NCBI GenBank assembly: GCA_020348445.1
Contig: CP070751.1
Span: forward strand, 3,184,341-3,248,340
Direction: 5' to 3'
Length of the DNA: 64,000 nucleotides
From: Thermoplasmata archaeon
GTDB taxonomy: Archaea; Thermoplasmatota; Thermoplasmata; GCA-020350865
Shown here: piece by piece, positions 40,529 to 50,677 of the stretch
Numbering within the stretch: position 1 is the first letter of the stretch
Layout: each line of letters begins with the position of its first letter
Translations under genes and position numbers: made by a program
The notes under the pieces: model-generated
The model's database searches: none
The model's input: only the letters and a program-made list of their open reading frames with translations
What the model was told of the DNA's origin: nothing

Positions 40529-40715
40529 TTTTTACAAAAAAACTGGTGCCACTCAGATCGCCCATCACTCATCATCTTTCAGATCGGCGTTCTTCTTCAT
40601 CGTGGCATAATACGTATGACTTAGAAGGAGATAGATTTTACTATGATGTAAAATGCATATAATCTCTGATTTTAAAACATTGGGAGCAACCGAAAATATG
40701 GAGATGTTAAGAATG

Positions 40716-41603
40716 CTATTTGAGCTTCCCAGTCAAGCCACGCAGCTCCTCAAACTCGTCCTCCAGGATGTCCAAGGCAAAGGTCAAAGCTTCCTTCGCC
40801 GTCAAAGACCCGTCTGTCTCAAATTGGAAAATGAACTTCTTATCATCCCCTGATACCTTGATGGCACCAAGGGAGCAAACCTCCTCGCATTTTTTGCACA
40901 TGTTGCAATTTTCAATATCGGTGATCACTATTTTCTTGTCTTTTATGGCGAGAACGTTTTTTGGACAGTTGGAAATGCAAGATGCACCCATATCGCACTT
41001 ATCATGGGAGATATTTATCTCAGGGTAGTACTGATAACCCACTGCCTGGGCTGTCTGCCATTTTGCATGTAGACTACCGGTGCCCAATTCTGCTGTTGCG
41101 TAAAGAAGCAAGGCCTGGCTTTTATTCAACTTCACAATCGGTATTTTTTTGTCGATTTGGAAGTGCTCTGCATATTTCTTTTCAGAAAGTCCTTCCACCT
41201 TTTGTACAACCAGTTGCAGTTCATCTGCGTAGACAGTGACACTTTTCTCGTCATCCTCTTCAGAAGGTCCCCTTTTATTGAGGGAGTACATGATGGTACA
41301 GTTTGGACAACCCTCTCCTTTGCACACACAGTCCTCTCTGAAAACGAAAACACCAAGATCCGTGGGAATTGGAATCATCCCCAGTCTATGGGAAATAATC
41401 TCGTCAAATAAGGGTGTCACACTCTCATACTCTTTGCCATGTTCATCTCTGATGGGCCCAAGATGAAATTCAACAGTAGAAATGGCCATCTTTGGAACAT
41501 CGGCGATCAATGTCCTTCTCAATGCATTGACAACCGGAGGAGATATGTCAGAGATGATGAATTTGGCACTCGTGTCCGTTAGTTCTAAAATATCAAACTT
41601 CAT
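40716..41603 (-). CDS. rpoD: DNA-directed RNA polymerase subunit D (Rpo3) with Fe-S domain
   Basis: NALRRTLIADVP, DEIISHRLGMIP, HAKW, ferredoxin-like Cys cluster. Confidence 0.96.
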   Translation of the reverse strand: MKFDILELTDTSAKFIISDISPPVVNALRRTLIADVPKMAISTVEFHLGPIRDEHGKEYESVTPLFDEIISHRLGMIPIPTDLGVFVFREDCVCKGEGCPNCTIMYSLNKRGPSEEDDEKSVTVYADELQLVVQKVEGLSEKKYAEHFQIDKKIPIVKLNKSQALLLYATAELGTGSLHAKWQTAQAVGYQYYPEINISHDKCDMGASCISNCPKNVLAIKDKKIVITDIENCNMCKKCEEVCSLGAIKVSGDDKKFIFQFETDGSLTAKEALTFALDILEDEFEELRGLTGKLK

Positions 41604-41685
41604 TGTATTTCCCCTTTATTATCACAAATCATTGAACGTCCTATCAATGATAAATATATTACTGTTTTTGCTCACACTCGGATCA

Positions 41686-42069
41686 TCAGACCCTTCTACC
41701 CCTTCGTCCACCTTTCTTTTTGGTGCCGTCATGGGGTATGGGAGTAACGTCCTCTATCCGGCCTATTCGAATCCCTGCCCTTGCCAGCGCCCGAATAGCC
41801 GCTTGTGCTCCCGGACCTGGTGAAGTTGATTTGTTGCCTCCAGGAGCTCTAATTTTAATGTGAATGTTGTTAATACCTTTTTCCTTGGCTGCATCGGCAG
41901 CTTTCTCAGCAGCCTTCATGGCGGCATAAGGTGATGCTTCGTCCTTTGCAGCCTTGACAACCATGCCGCCTGAGCAGCGGGTAATTGTCTCTGCACCAGT
42001 TAAATCAGTTATTGTGATGATGATATTGTTGAAGGAGGCATGGATATGGGCTATTCCCCACTTGACCAT
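41686..42069 (-). CDS. rps11: 30S ribosomal protein uS11
   Basis: [39 protein letters not shown]. Confidence 0.98.
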   Translation of the reverse strand: MVKWGIAHIHASFNNIIITITDLTGAETITRCSGGMVVKAAKDEASPYAAMKAAEKAADAAKEKGINNIHIKIRAPGGNKSTSPGPGAQAAIRALARAGIRIGRIEDVTPIPHDGTKKKGGRRGRRV

Positions 42070-42848
42070 TAGGCTTCACCCCCGGCCTTGGATTTTTCGC
42101 TATCGGGTTTGTCCTTTGGCTCCTTTCCCTTTCCCCCCTTCTTCTTGGGTTCCTCACCCTTCTTATCTTTCCCCTCGGATTCCTTTTCTTTGCCCTTTAC
42201 TTCCTCGGTTTTCTTCTTCTGGTCTTTTTCCCCAATTGCGCCCTTCTTTTGGGTTGGCTCGATCTCATCGACTTTCTCGGTTTCCTTCTGCATGGTAAAT
42301 TCCCTTGATACTCTTTCTATATGCTCTGCTGTGGGTCTTGCAGGGTGTAGCTCGCTTGCAAGTGGTGAATATGGATTGTAGGCAATACTTGGCTCTTCGT
42401 TCTTTTTTACCAAATAACCAGGTACCGTAACCATACGCTCATTTACTGTGGCATGGCCGTGAACAATAAGCTGTCTCGCTTGTTTTGGCGTATATGCTAG
42501 GCCCTTTATATACACCAAGGTCTGCAATCTACGTTCCAGCATCCTCTCCACATCCAAGGCCAAAACATCATCCAAAGTTGCATCCTCCGGTAGGACTCCG
42601 AGATTGGCGAGTTTTTTCAAGAGGCCTTTCCTCTCCTTTTGTGCCTGCATATCACCCAATCGAAGTCTGGCGAGGAGGGTTCTTGCCTGTCTTCTGTAAT
42701 TTCTAAGTTCGGACTGTGCCTTCCAGAGCTCGCGTTTGTTTTTAAGACCGTATTTCTTTAAAAGTTCGTTCTCCTCCTTGATCCTGGTCCCTTGCCAGGG
42801 ATGCGATGGTGTGTCATATTTTCTTCTTGAGAATTTTGGATCACCCAT
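42069..42848 (-). CDS. rps4: 30S ribosomal protein uS4 with long charged C-terminal extension
   Basis: [29 protein letters not shown]. Confidence 0.97.
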   Translation of the reverse strand: MGDPKFSRRKYDTPSHPWQGTRIKEENELLKKYGLKNKRELWKAQSELRNYRRQARTLLARLRLGDMQAQKERKGLLKKLANLGVLPEDATLDDVLALDVERMLERRLQTLVYIKGLAYTPKQARQLIVHGHATVNERMVTVPGYLVKKNEEPSIAYNPYSPLASELHPARPTAEHIERVSREFTMQKETEKVDEIEPTQKKGAIGEKDQKKKTEEVKGKEKESEGKDKKGEEPKKKGGKGKEPKDKPDSEKSKAGGEA

Positions 42849-42893
42849 TTATTCACTTTTCCTTTAAGACCTACTTTGTCCCGATTCTCTTTT

Positions 42894-43418
42894 TTATTTG
42901 GCCTTCTGCGCTTTTTTCACCACTCCAACGGTCAGTCCTGTCCTACCATGGGCTTTGGTCCTCTGCCCCCTCACCTTCAGGCCTTTCTCATGCCGAATTC
43001 CCCGGTAACATCTGATTTTCTTCAGTATGTTGATGTCCTCTTGGCGTCGCATATCCATCTCTGAGCCCAGAAGATGTATATCCTCCCCAGTCCAGGTATC
43101 CCTTTGCTTATTTAAAAGCCATCCCGGTGTGTGTTCCGATAGCTCCAAAACATATTCTTCTAATTTTTCTATATCTTGATCTGATAAGTTGCCTATCTTC
43201 TCGTCCCTGGGTAATTTAGTTAGCTTGAGTACCACCTCTGCCACCCTATCCCCAACCCCTTTTACGGCAGTTAAGGCATGAACCACAGTCTTGTTACCAT
43301 CCAAATCAGTGTTTGCTATTCTGACAATATATTTGAAGTCGTCTGGTTGATCCTCATCTTTCTTAGACTCCTTGACTATTTCTTTTGGAGCTGCGATTTT
43401 TTCATTTTCGTCTGCCAA
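42894..43418 (-). CDS. rps13: 30S ribosomal protein uS13
   Basis: YIVRIANTDLDG, YRGIRH..GL.VRGQRTK; TTG start. Confidence 0.97.
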   Translation of the reverse strand: MADENEKIAAPKEIVKESKKDEDQPDDFKYIVRIANTDLDGNKTVVHALTAVKGVGDRVAEVVLKLTKLPRDEKIGNLSDQDIEKLEEYVLELSEHTPGWLLNKQRDTWTGEDIHLLGSEMDMRRQEDINILKKIRCYRGIRHEKGLKVRGQRTKAHGRTGLTVGVVKKAQKAK

Positions 43419-43745
43419 ACCTTATCCTCCAGGTATATAGAATTATTTGGAAGGCAAGATGCCCTTAAGTGATTTTTATTATTTAAGGTTATTGGGATTG
43501 GATGTATCAGTTTCTTGAATATCATTGAATAAAACTCGTAATTACACCCATCACCTCCCCCAAGAAAGTGATTATCCAGTTATAACATATCTACTTTACG
43601 GTATTTGTTTGTCATGTGATCAATGAAAATCCCTTGAAAGAATATTCATCTATATAGATTCTTTATTAATATATAGTGAATATATTCTATATAAGCTAAT
43701 TAATTATACTGGGTACCCTTTTCTATCATTAGGTTTTGAGTCTTC

Positions 43746-45065
43746 ATGAACAATAAAGAAGATGATAATAATCCTGATTCAAAGGACGAGTGTATTGAGG
43801 ATATAGTACTGAAATCTGAAGAACAGACTTCTCAACCAAAGAAAAAAGTCCGGGTCTTAAAGGACGATTACATCCCAAGAAAGCCAAAATCTAAGTTAAA
43901 AGCGGGCTGGCTGACACTGAACAGGAGAATCTCCCCATACCTTAACCACAGATACACAAGGGCGTTTATCCTCATTCTCTCCGTCTATTTCTTCATCGTG
44001 GGAATAAAAACCATGAGCGGCGGCTTCAAGGACATGGGTAAGGGATTCTCGGAAGGGTTGATAGAAAACGCTTCAAATCCTTTGGTGGGATTGTTCATTG
44101 GTATCTTTGCCACATCTGCAATTCAAAGTTCCTCTGCAACTACCTCCATGGTGGTGGGAATGGTGGCTGCAGAGCCTAGATTTCTTCCCATGGCCATTCC
44201 AATCATCATAGGCGCCAACATTGGTACTTCTGTTACGAACATGATAGTCTCCTTTGGTCATATCACGAGAGGTGCCGAGTTTGAAAGAGCATTCTCAGGA
44301 GCTGTCGTACACGATTTCTTCAATGTGATTGCTGCAAGCATTCTCTTCCCTGTTGAAGTTATAACCCAGTATTTATGGGGGGGTAAAGGTCTTCTCCAAA
44401 GAGCCTCAATGTATCTTGCTGAGAACTTCGTAGGAACTGCCGGAGTAGGGAAATTCACACTTATCAATGATATCGTAAATCCCATTGTAAATCCCATCAG
44501 AGATTTTTCCAAGGGTGCTGGTATACAGTGGCTTTCAGTACTTGTTGGAATCATAATCCTCTTTTTAGCCTTGAAGTTCATAACAAGCTCCATGAGAATA
44601 TTGATTGAGGGCAGATTACAGATCATCATCAGCAAGTACCTTTTTAAAACCACTTTAACCAGTTTCGGCTTCGGGATTCTACTAACGGCATTGGTTCAGA
44701 GCAGCTCTATAACGACCTCCCTCGTGGTACCCCTGGTTGGTGGCGGAGTCTTGTCTGTTGAGCAGATTTTCCCTTACACCCTGGGAGCAAATGTGGGAAC
44801 CACTGTTACTGCTCTTTTAGCTGCTTTCGTGGAATGGGGCAGCGCAAGCCAGGCCGGTAGTGCTGTTGCGGCATTGTCCATTGCCTTTGCACATCTTTTG
44901 TTCAACGTGATCGCAATATGTCTTATTTATCCATTTAAAAAGCTGCCCATAGGCATGGCCAAAAGATTGGGGGGTTATGTGGTTAATAACAAAAAAATGG
45001 CGGTAATCTATATAATCGTTGCATTCTATATAATACCGGGATTGGTAATACTACTTCTGAGGTGA
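43746..45065 (+). CDS. Na+/Pi cotransporter (NptA family)
   Basis: Two QSSS repeats with GANIGT / GANVGT. Confidence 0.93.
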   Translation: MNNKEDDNNPDSKDECIEDIVLKSEEQTSQPKKKVRVLKDDYIPRKPKSKLKAGWLTLNRRISPYLNHRYTRAFILILSVYFFIVGIKTMSGGFKDMGKGFSEGLIENASNPLVGLFIGIFATSAIQSSSATTSMVVGMVAAEPRFLPMAIPIIIGANIGTSVTNMIVSFGHITRGAEFERAFSGAVVHDFFNVIAASILFPVEVITQYLWGGKGLLQRASMYLAENFVGTAGVGKFTLINDIVNPIVNPIRDFSKGAGIQWLSVLVGIIILFLALKFITSSMRILIEGRLQIIISKYLFKTTLTSFGFGILLTALVQSSSITTSLVVPLVGGGVLSVEQIFPYTLGANVGTTVTALLAAFVEWGSASQAGSAVAALSIAFAHLLFNVIAICLIYPFKKLPIGMAKRLGGYVVNNKKMAVIYIIVAFYIIPGLVILLLR

Positions 45066-45072
45066 GAAAAGC

Positions 45073-45756
45073 ATGTCATTTAAAAGAATATACGATGCGT
45101 TGACAAAGGCCCCCCTCCTGGAAAAGGCGTATAATGATGCATGGAAGATGCACGCACTCGTAAAGGAGATGTTCGAGGAGTCCTCAAAATGTTTAATTGG
45201 GTGTGACATAAGTGTGGCAAAAAAACTCTCCTTGGAAGACAAGCGTATCAACAAGGCCGAGAAGAAAATCAGAAGGGAGGTTATGGAATACCTGGCAGTG
45301 ACAACGGCTCCCAACCTCAGTGCCTCATTGATTTTAATAAGCATAGTTATTGATTATGAAAGAATTGGAGATCTCTGCAAGAACATAGCCCAGGTCTGCA
45401 TAGAATATCCTGCAGATTTTGATGACGAAGAATATGTTAAGGATATTAACGAAATTAAAAATAACCTCTCGAAAATGTTTGATTTAACTTTAGTAGCAAT
45501 AGAACAATCTGATACCGAGAAGGCCAAGGAAGCCATTGGAATACATGACAATATTAAGGAGATTCACAACAGTATAATTAAAAGATTGAACGAAGACGAG
45601 AAGATTTCCACAACCAATGCCATAAGTTATGCATTGTTAACAGGGTACTTCAGAAGGATCAATGCCCACCTAGCTAATATTTGTACGGGTGTGCTTTACC
45701 CCTTCCCTGCTTTGGGCTTTGGATATGAGGTGGGTGGAGATTTGGATGGGCCGTAA
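45073..45756 (+). CDS. PhoU-domain phosphate regulator
   Basis: DKRINKAE, ERIGD, RINAH..NI helical repeats; follows the Na/Pi transporter. Confidence 0.85.
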   Translation: MSFKRIYDALTKAPLLEKAYNDAWKMHALVKEMFEESSKCLIGCDISVAKKLSLEDKRINKAEKKIRREVMEYLAVTTAPNLSASLILISIVIDYERIGDLCKNIAQVCIEYPADFDDEEYVKDINEIKNNLSKMFDLTLVAIEQSDTEKAKEAIGIHDNIKEIHNSIIKRLNEDEKISTTNAISYALLTGYFRRINAHLANICTGVLYPFPALGFGYEVGGDLDGP

Positions 45757-45774
45757 GCAGTGGTAGTGCCTTTT

Positions 45775-46131
45775 TCATCCTGATAAATTAAAATCATTGC
45801 CAAGATCCAGCTTTCCCTGACAAAGGACTTTTCCATCCAAAACCAGTGCAGGAAGTGTGTCGATCCCCAGCCTCCTCATTCTCATTCTCGCCTTGAATTT
45901 TTTCCATTTTACAATTGCCCTTATTCTGCTGTCACTTTGGGAGGGAATGACCATTTCATAACTTTCTTTGTTTTTCCACACCAAGTGTTTTGCATACCTC
46001 AACATCTTCCTGCTTTGCTCAGTTTGTTTTGGTATGGGTTTTAAACAGCAGCTTCCTCCAGATGTTTTTGGAATAGTGAAAATAACCTCAGGAAAGAATT
46101 CCAATTTATGTTTGGATTTTGACATTTTCAA
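45775..46131 (-). CDS. Small thioredoxin-fold-like protein with vicinal Cys-Cys
   Basis: GGSCC; LGIDTLPALVLDGKV cis-Pro strand typical of the Trx/glutaredoxin fold. Confidence 0.55.
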   Translation of the reverse strand: MKMSKSKHKLEFFPEVIFTIPKTSGGSCCLKPIPKQTEQSRKMLRYAKHLVWKNKESYEMVIPSQSDSRIRAIVKWKKFKARMRMRRLGIDTLPALVLDGKVLCQGKLDLGNDFNLSG

Positions 46132-46241
46132 TCACTGATTTTGTTGTAATGTTAATTAATTAATTCTTCATATATATTGATTTATTGTATTACAATTCAT
46201 GTAAATTATCAGAATTTATTTTACAAATGTAATTCATTCCA

Positions 46242-48053
46242 TTATAAACTCGCGGTAGAAACATAAATCCATACAAGATATATTCCAACTACGATCAAAA
46301 CAGCCCCACTTATTTTCTTAATGACTTCTGTGTACTGGGATAATTTCTGGGCTGCACCGGCTCCGAAATGGGCTATGGCAATGGTAATACTTATCATTAA
46401 TACGGCTGCCACTAGATTATAGAGAATTAGAACAGACAATCCAAATATTAATCCAGCATTCAATGCAGCCACTAAAACTGCAATAAAAATGGGAGCAGTG
46501 CACCCCGCAGCAGCGGCCCCATATCCTAAACCGTATAAGAACAATCCTCCATAGAATCCCGATTCTCCTCCAGTGGTAGTGGGATCGCTAGATTCACTGA
46601 CCTCTCCATCCTTGGATTTTTTCTGAAACTTGCTTCGCAGCTTTGCCCAAAAGGCCTGAATCGGTCGTATGATCTTCCAGTATTGAAAGGGTGTGAGTAG
46701 AAGTCCTCCCAGTACTATCAGGATGATTCCCACAATAAGTCCAAAAACAGCCACTCCCTCCAGTATGGAAGTTCCAGCAAGGATAACTACTATGCCTAAA
46801 AGTAAACTCACGATTATTATACCAGCAGCCGAGATGGTCCCAGCCATTGCAGCTCTTCGCAGTGGTATCTTTCCCCCTTCCTCGGCTCCTTTTTTGAGAT
46901 AGTATGCTAGATATCCCGGAAGCATGGGAAATGCACAGGGAGAGAAGAAGAATGCAAATCCAGCTAAAATTGCCAGGGAAACATAACTTGCCTCCTGAAT
47001 GGCAATTGCCTCAGCTTCACCTGATATTGCATCATCAAGTTCTTTTTTCAGGGTGCTTACATCTTCGACTTCGCCTTCGAATGTGGCATAACCATCACCA
47101 TTGATGATTATGATCTTTGGAATGAGTTCAGCACGGTATTTGAGAATCAGATCATCAGTATCCCGTGCAATGGCCCAATCGATATTGTGGGAATCCCTGT
47201 AATCCTGGAGCATCCCGTCTGTATCATCCACCAAGATATCCACACTTATAAAAACAACTTCATCTTTATAATCCGGATATATCTCCTTAAGGTTCTTCTC
47301 AACGATTTTACATCCTTTGCAGGGAATGGACATCATGTCCAATATAACGACCTTTCCCCTAAAATCCGTGAGATTGAAAGTGTTGCCGTCTATGTCAGTC
47401 AATGTGAATCCAGGTGCCTCAGTAACCTCACTCGGGCTGAGGAAAAGTACACCCATTACAATAAAAATCAAGATAAAGATAACTAAAATTATAGCTTGCA
47501 TCTTCTTATTCATTGGTATAGTTTTATCCTTCCTCTTGACGTGTTTTACAACCAAGAACACAAGGATAACTACAAGAATGACTATAAGAACCTGCATGGC
47601 CAAATTACTTTCAGTTGGACAGGGTGGAGCTTCACCGCCCTCAAGGCTCGTGTTTATATCTATGTAATGATAATCTTCCCCTCCTAAAGGTGAATATTCT
47701 TTACTGCCATCATCATATGTTACTGTGATGTTTATGCCAAGTAATGTTACCCCTTCAAGATCCCTTGTTATAATAGTAGAATAAGTGTTGTTCTCCCCCA
47801 GGGTTAAATTGTGTAAATCAGGATAACATCCCTCTTCGGGTTCGATTTGACAGTACAGCATATTGACCTTTGTAATATTTGATGTGTCATTTACCTGTAC
47901 ATACACGGTAATCTCATCATATGAAAATGGTTTTTCTGGATAATAGGTAACGCTCCTAATATTTGATTCGGCACTCACAGATGGAAGGAATGACAGGGAA
48001 ATCATTAAAATTATGAAGACCCAAAACGGCACTAACTTTTTTACACAACTCAC
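46242..48053 (-). CDS. Ig-like + redoxin (CKGC) + CcdA fusion
   Basis: Signal peptide, beta-rich domain, two TM, FTLTDIDG..FRGKVVIL..CKGC, FSPCAFPMLPGY, GCTAP. Confidence 0.88.
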   Translation of the reverse strand: MSCVKKLVPFWVFIILMISLSFLPSVSAESNIRSVTYYPEKPFSYDEITVYVQVNDTSNITKVNMLYCQIEPEEGCYPDLHNLTLGENNTYSTIITRDLEGVTLLGINITVTYDDGSKEYSPLGGEDYHYIDINTSLEGGEAPPCPTESNLAMQVLIVILVVILVFLVVKHVKRKDKTIPMNKKMQAIILVIFILIFIVMGVLFLSPSEVTEAPGFTLTDIDGNTFNLTDFRGKVVILDMMSIPCKGCKIVEKNLKEIYPDYKDEVVFISVDILVDDTDGMLQDYRDSHNIDWAIARDTDDLILKYRAELIPKIIIINGDGYATFEGEVEDVSTLKKELDDAISGEAEAIAIQEASYVSLAILAGFAFFFSPCAFPMLPGYLAYYLKKGAEEGGKIPLRRAAMAGTISAAGIIIVSLLLGIVVILAGTSILEGVAVFGLIVGIILIVLGGLLLTPFQYWKIIRPIQAFWAKLRSKFQKKSKDGEVSESSDPTTTGGESGFYGGLFLYGLGYGAAAAGCTAPIFIAVLVAALNAGLIFGLSVLILYNLVAAVLMISITIAIAHFGAGAAQKLSQYTEVIKKISGAVLIVVGIYLVWIYVSTASL

Positions 48054-48062
48054 TTTCGCACC

Positions 48063-48620
48063 TCAAATAAGTCTCTCTACCTCTTTCGATAGGGTCTGGA
48101 AAGACGTTTCGCCCTCATGATAATGCCTGATTATACCCTCTCTATCTATGATTACTATGGTTGGAGTATATCTTACGTTGTATTTATTTTCTACATCGTC
48201 CGTGTCTCTTGCAAAAGTCCAATTATCACCGTATTTTTCGCGAAAAGTGCTCAAATCTTCGTTTGAATCGCTGTTATCAATGGATATTGTCATAATAACC
48301 AATTCTTCAGAAGGGTATCTGTTATATACACCTTTTAGATGCTCCATTTCGCTGATACAGGGAGGACATGTGGTGGTCATGATATCCAATATTATGACCT
48401 TACCGAAATTGTCTGAAAGTTTAATCTCTTCTCCATCAATACTCTTCAGATTGAAATTAGGAGCTTTTTCTCCCACAAGATCTATAAAAAAAGGGCGTAT
48501 CAATATATAAGCCAAAACGATGATTAGAATGATCACGACTATTATTATGATATTCCCTTTTAAAAACTGCTTTACCTTGTTGGCTTTTAAATTCTCTTTA
48601 TCAGGCTCCTTTTCATCCAA
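48063..48620 (-). CDS. Membrane-anchored TlpA/redoxin
   Basis: TM helix, APNFNLK, TTCPPC, YNVRYTPT. Confidence 0.9.
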   Translation of the reverse strand: MDEKEPDKENLKANKVKQFLKGNIIIIVVIILIIVLAYILIRPFFIDLVGEKAPNFNLKSIDGEEIKLSDNFGKVIILDIMTTTCPPCISEMEHLKGVYNRYPSEELVIMTISIDNSDSNEDLSTFREKYGDNWTFARDTDDVENKYNVRYTPTIVIIDREGIIRHYHEGETSFQTLSKEVERLI

Positions 48621-48776
48621 GAATGAGCACCTAAGGGATAAAAACGCTGTTTATTGGATATAAGTTTTACCTAGGTAAAAAAATCCCAAATGATTATCAG
48701 CCTAGATAACAACAAGGTATAATTTATCTACTCAGAGTTATATAGGAAAAACATTATAGCCAATGCTCTCAGGGAT

Positions 48777-48965
48777 TTGGGGCCCAAGAGCGTAAAAGAA
48801 GATGAGGACATGACTTCACTAATACCTCATGGAAAGGAAGTTTCTGTGGTGCACCTCAATTCAGACTGGGGTTACTTGGCTTATATTGAGAAATGTTTAG
48901 ATAAACACGGAGAGACTACCTACAAGGTTGTTAGAGTACCCTTGGAAGATGGATTTAAAAAATAA
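48777..48965 (+). CDS. Small hypothetical protein
   Basis: 62 aa ORF in an otherwise empty interval; protein-like composition. Confidence 0.4.
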   Translation: MGPKSVKEDEDMTSLIPHGKEVSVVHLNSDWGYLAYIEKCLDKHGETTYKVVRVPLEDGFKK

Positions 48966-49145
48966 CAGAATGTGAATCCATAATAATAACCGTTTTTACG
49001 ATTTTTTCTTTTAATCTGGAGTTTAAATATCACTATCATTTCGACAGTAATGGGCAATTTGGGGCCTGATATCTTTATTATGGGAATTTCCTGTCCTAAA
49101 CAACCCGCAATCATTTTATTGTACAATTTCCTTAAACCTCAATGT

Positions 49146-49223
49146 GGCCCAGTGGGGTAGCTTGGTCGATCCTATGGCGTTCGGGACGCTGTGACTCCGA
49201 TTCAAATTCGGACTGGGCCACCA
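49146..49223 (+). tRNA. tRNA-Pro (anticodon CGG) with encoded CCA
   Basis: GGCCCAG/CTGGGCC acceptor, TGGCG-TTCGGGA-CGCTG anticodon arm, TTCAAAT T-loop, ACCA end. Confidence 0.92.
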
Positions 49224-49251
49224 TTCTAATTTTTATACAATTATATTCATG

Positions 49252-49319
49252 GTGGCCCATTCGTGTTTTGGCTTAAGACCCAAGCAAATGATAGTATAAC
49301 CAAAACACGGACTGGGCCA
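49252..49319 (+). other. tRNA-Pro acceptor-mimic hairpin / att-like duplicate
   Basis: Starts GTGGCCCA as at the tRNA 5' end and ends CGGACTGGGCCA (12-bp copy of 49209-49220); arms form a ~19-bp stem with one bulge. Confidence 0.7.
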
Positions 49320-49428
49320 ACATATCATAATTTGCAGATTTAAATATGTAACCTATAACATCTCGGGCGTTTTAAAGAAACAATAAAATATGACGAAGTG
49401 GTTAACCAATTGTTAGGGGGGATACAAC

Positions 49429-50655
49429 ATCAAGCTGACTGTCAACGAACGAATACTTCTACATCTTAGAAGGTACTACTCCGCTAAAAAGGATGTGGAG
49501 GCACCCCAGGCCGTAACCCAAAAGGGAATAGCAGACGCCATTGACATCAGGGTAACGCATGTCCCAAGATCTGTTAAGAAGCTGGATGAGGAAGGTATGA
49601 TATATGAAAGTGTGATGCACATAGAGGGTATGGACAAAAGAAGGAAGGCCTATTTTCTCACAGACAAGGGCATGTATCACGCAAAAGAAATCAAGAGAAA
49701 CCTCGAGGAAAGGAGGATACCACTGAGAGATTCTAAAGGCAAGATCAAAGATGTGAAAATCAATGAACTAGAGGAAATCACAGGTGTGAAAATCGATATT
49801 TTGGATTTGCTGAGACTTATCGATAAGGGGGGAATATTAAATCAAAAATCCATGGAACTGTTTGCAAAAAGCGAAAAAAAAGTGGCTCCTGAGAAGAAGA
49901 CAGGACTCTTTGACTTTCCGCACAGGATTACTCAACCAAAGAAGTTTGTGGACAGAAAAAAGGAGATAGATACATTACTGAAATGGATAAAAAACAAAGA
50001 TGTGGTTCTCATCTCAGTCAATGGAAATACAGGTATTGGTAAGACCTCTCTTGTTGGGAAGGTGTTATCAAAACTTGAAAAAGACGTCAATGTATTTAAT
50101 TACGATTTTAAAAAAGGGGAGGATTTCGATGATTTAACTGAATATCTCTCCGAGTTTTTGGCTAGGTTGAACCGAACAGAGCTAAAATCCATCTTGAAAT
50201 CAAAGAGAAGAGGACAAAGAGACGTTTTAAAGGGAACAATTAATTCCATTACCGATACAAATGCGATTTTGGTTTTAGATACCTTGGATCAAGCCGATAA
50301 AACATCGAGAAAATTTATATCCACCTTATCCCAAGAGTTGAATGGGCTCACCAATGTAAAGATAGTTACAATACATGATGGCAAAAAAGCGCTCTTCATC
50401 GAAGAGGTGCTGGATTCTGCGCAATTCCGTACCTTGGAATTAAAAGGGTTGGATAGAAAAAGTGCAAAGTCTCTTTTGGGGATAAAAAAACTTGATTTGG
50501 AGGATTTCGAAAGAATTTTCAGATTGACTGAGGGCAATCCTCTGGCATTGAAACTGATAAAATCCGAGGATGTAAGCAATCTTAAAAAAACAGGTAGGTT
50601 CACTTCTGATGAATTGACTCTGATAAAATACCTCAAATCCCTTGAGAAGTTATAA
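49429..50655 (+). CDS. wHTH + STAND/NB-ARC-like ATPase lacking a TPR sensor
   Basis: TQKGIA..HVPRSVKKL wHTH, FVDRKKE, GNTGIGKT, LVLD, GNPLAL; frame extends upstream of the track start to ATC at 49429. Confidence 0.8.
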   Translation: MKLTVNERILLHLRRYYSAKKDVEAPQAVTQKGIADAIDIRVTHVPRSVKKLDEEGMIYESVMHIEGMDKRRKAYFLTDKGMYHAKEIKRNLEERRIPLRDSKGKIKDVKINELEEITGVKIDILDLLRLIDKGGILNQKSMELFAKSEKKVAPEKKTGLFDFPHRITQPKKFVDRKKEIDTLLKWIKNKDVVLISVNGNTGIGKTSLVGKVLSKLEKDVNVFNYDFKKGEDFDDLTEYLSEFLARLNRTELKSILKSKRRGQRDVLKGTINSITDTNAILVLDTLDQADKTSRKFISTLSQELNGLTNVKIVTIHDGKKALFIEEVLDSAQFRTLELKGLDRKSAKSLLGIKKLDLEDFERIFRLTEGNPLALKLIKSEDVSNLKKTGRFTSDELTLIKYLKSLEKL

Positions 50656-50677
50656 TTTAGTTAATTTAGACCTTAAT

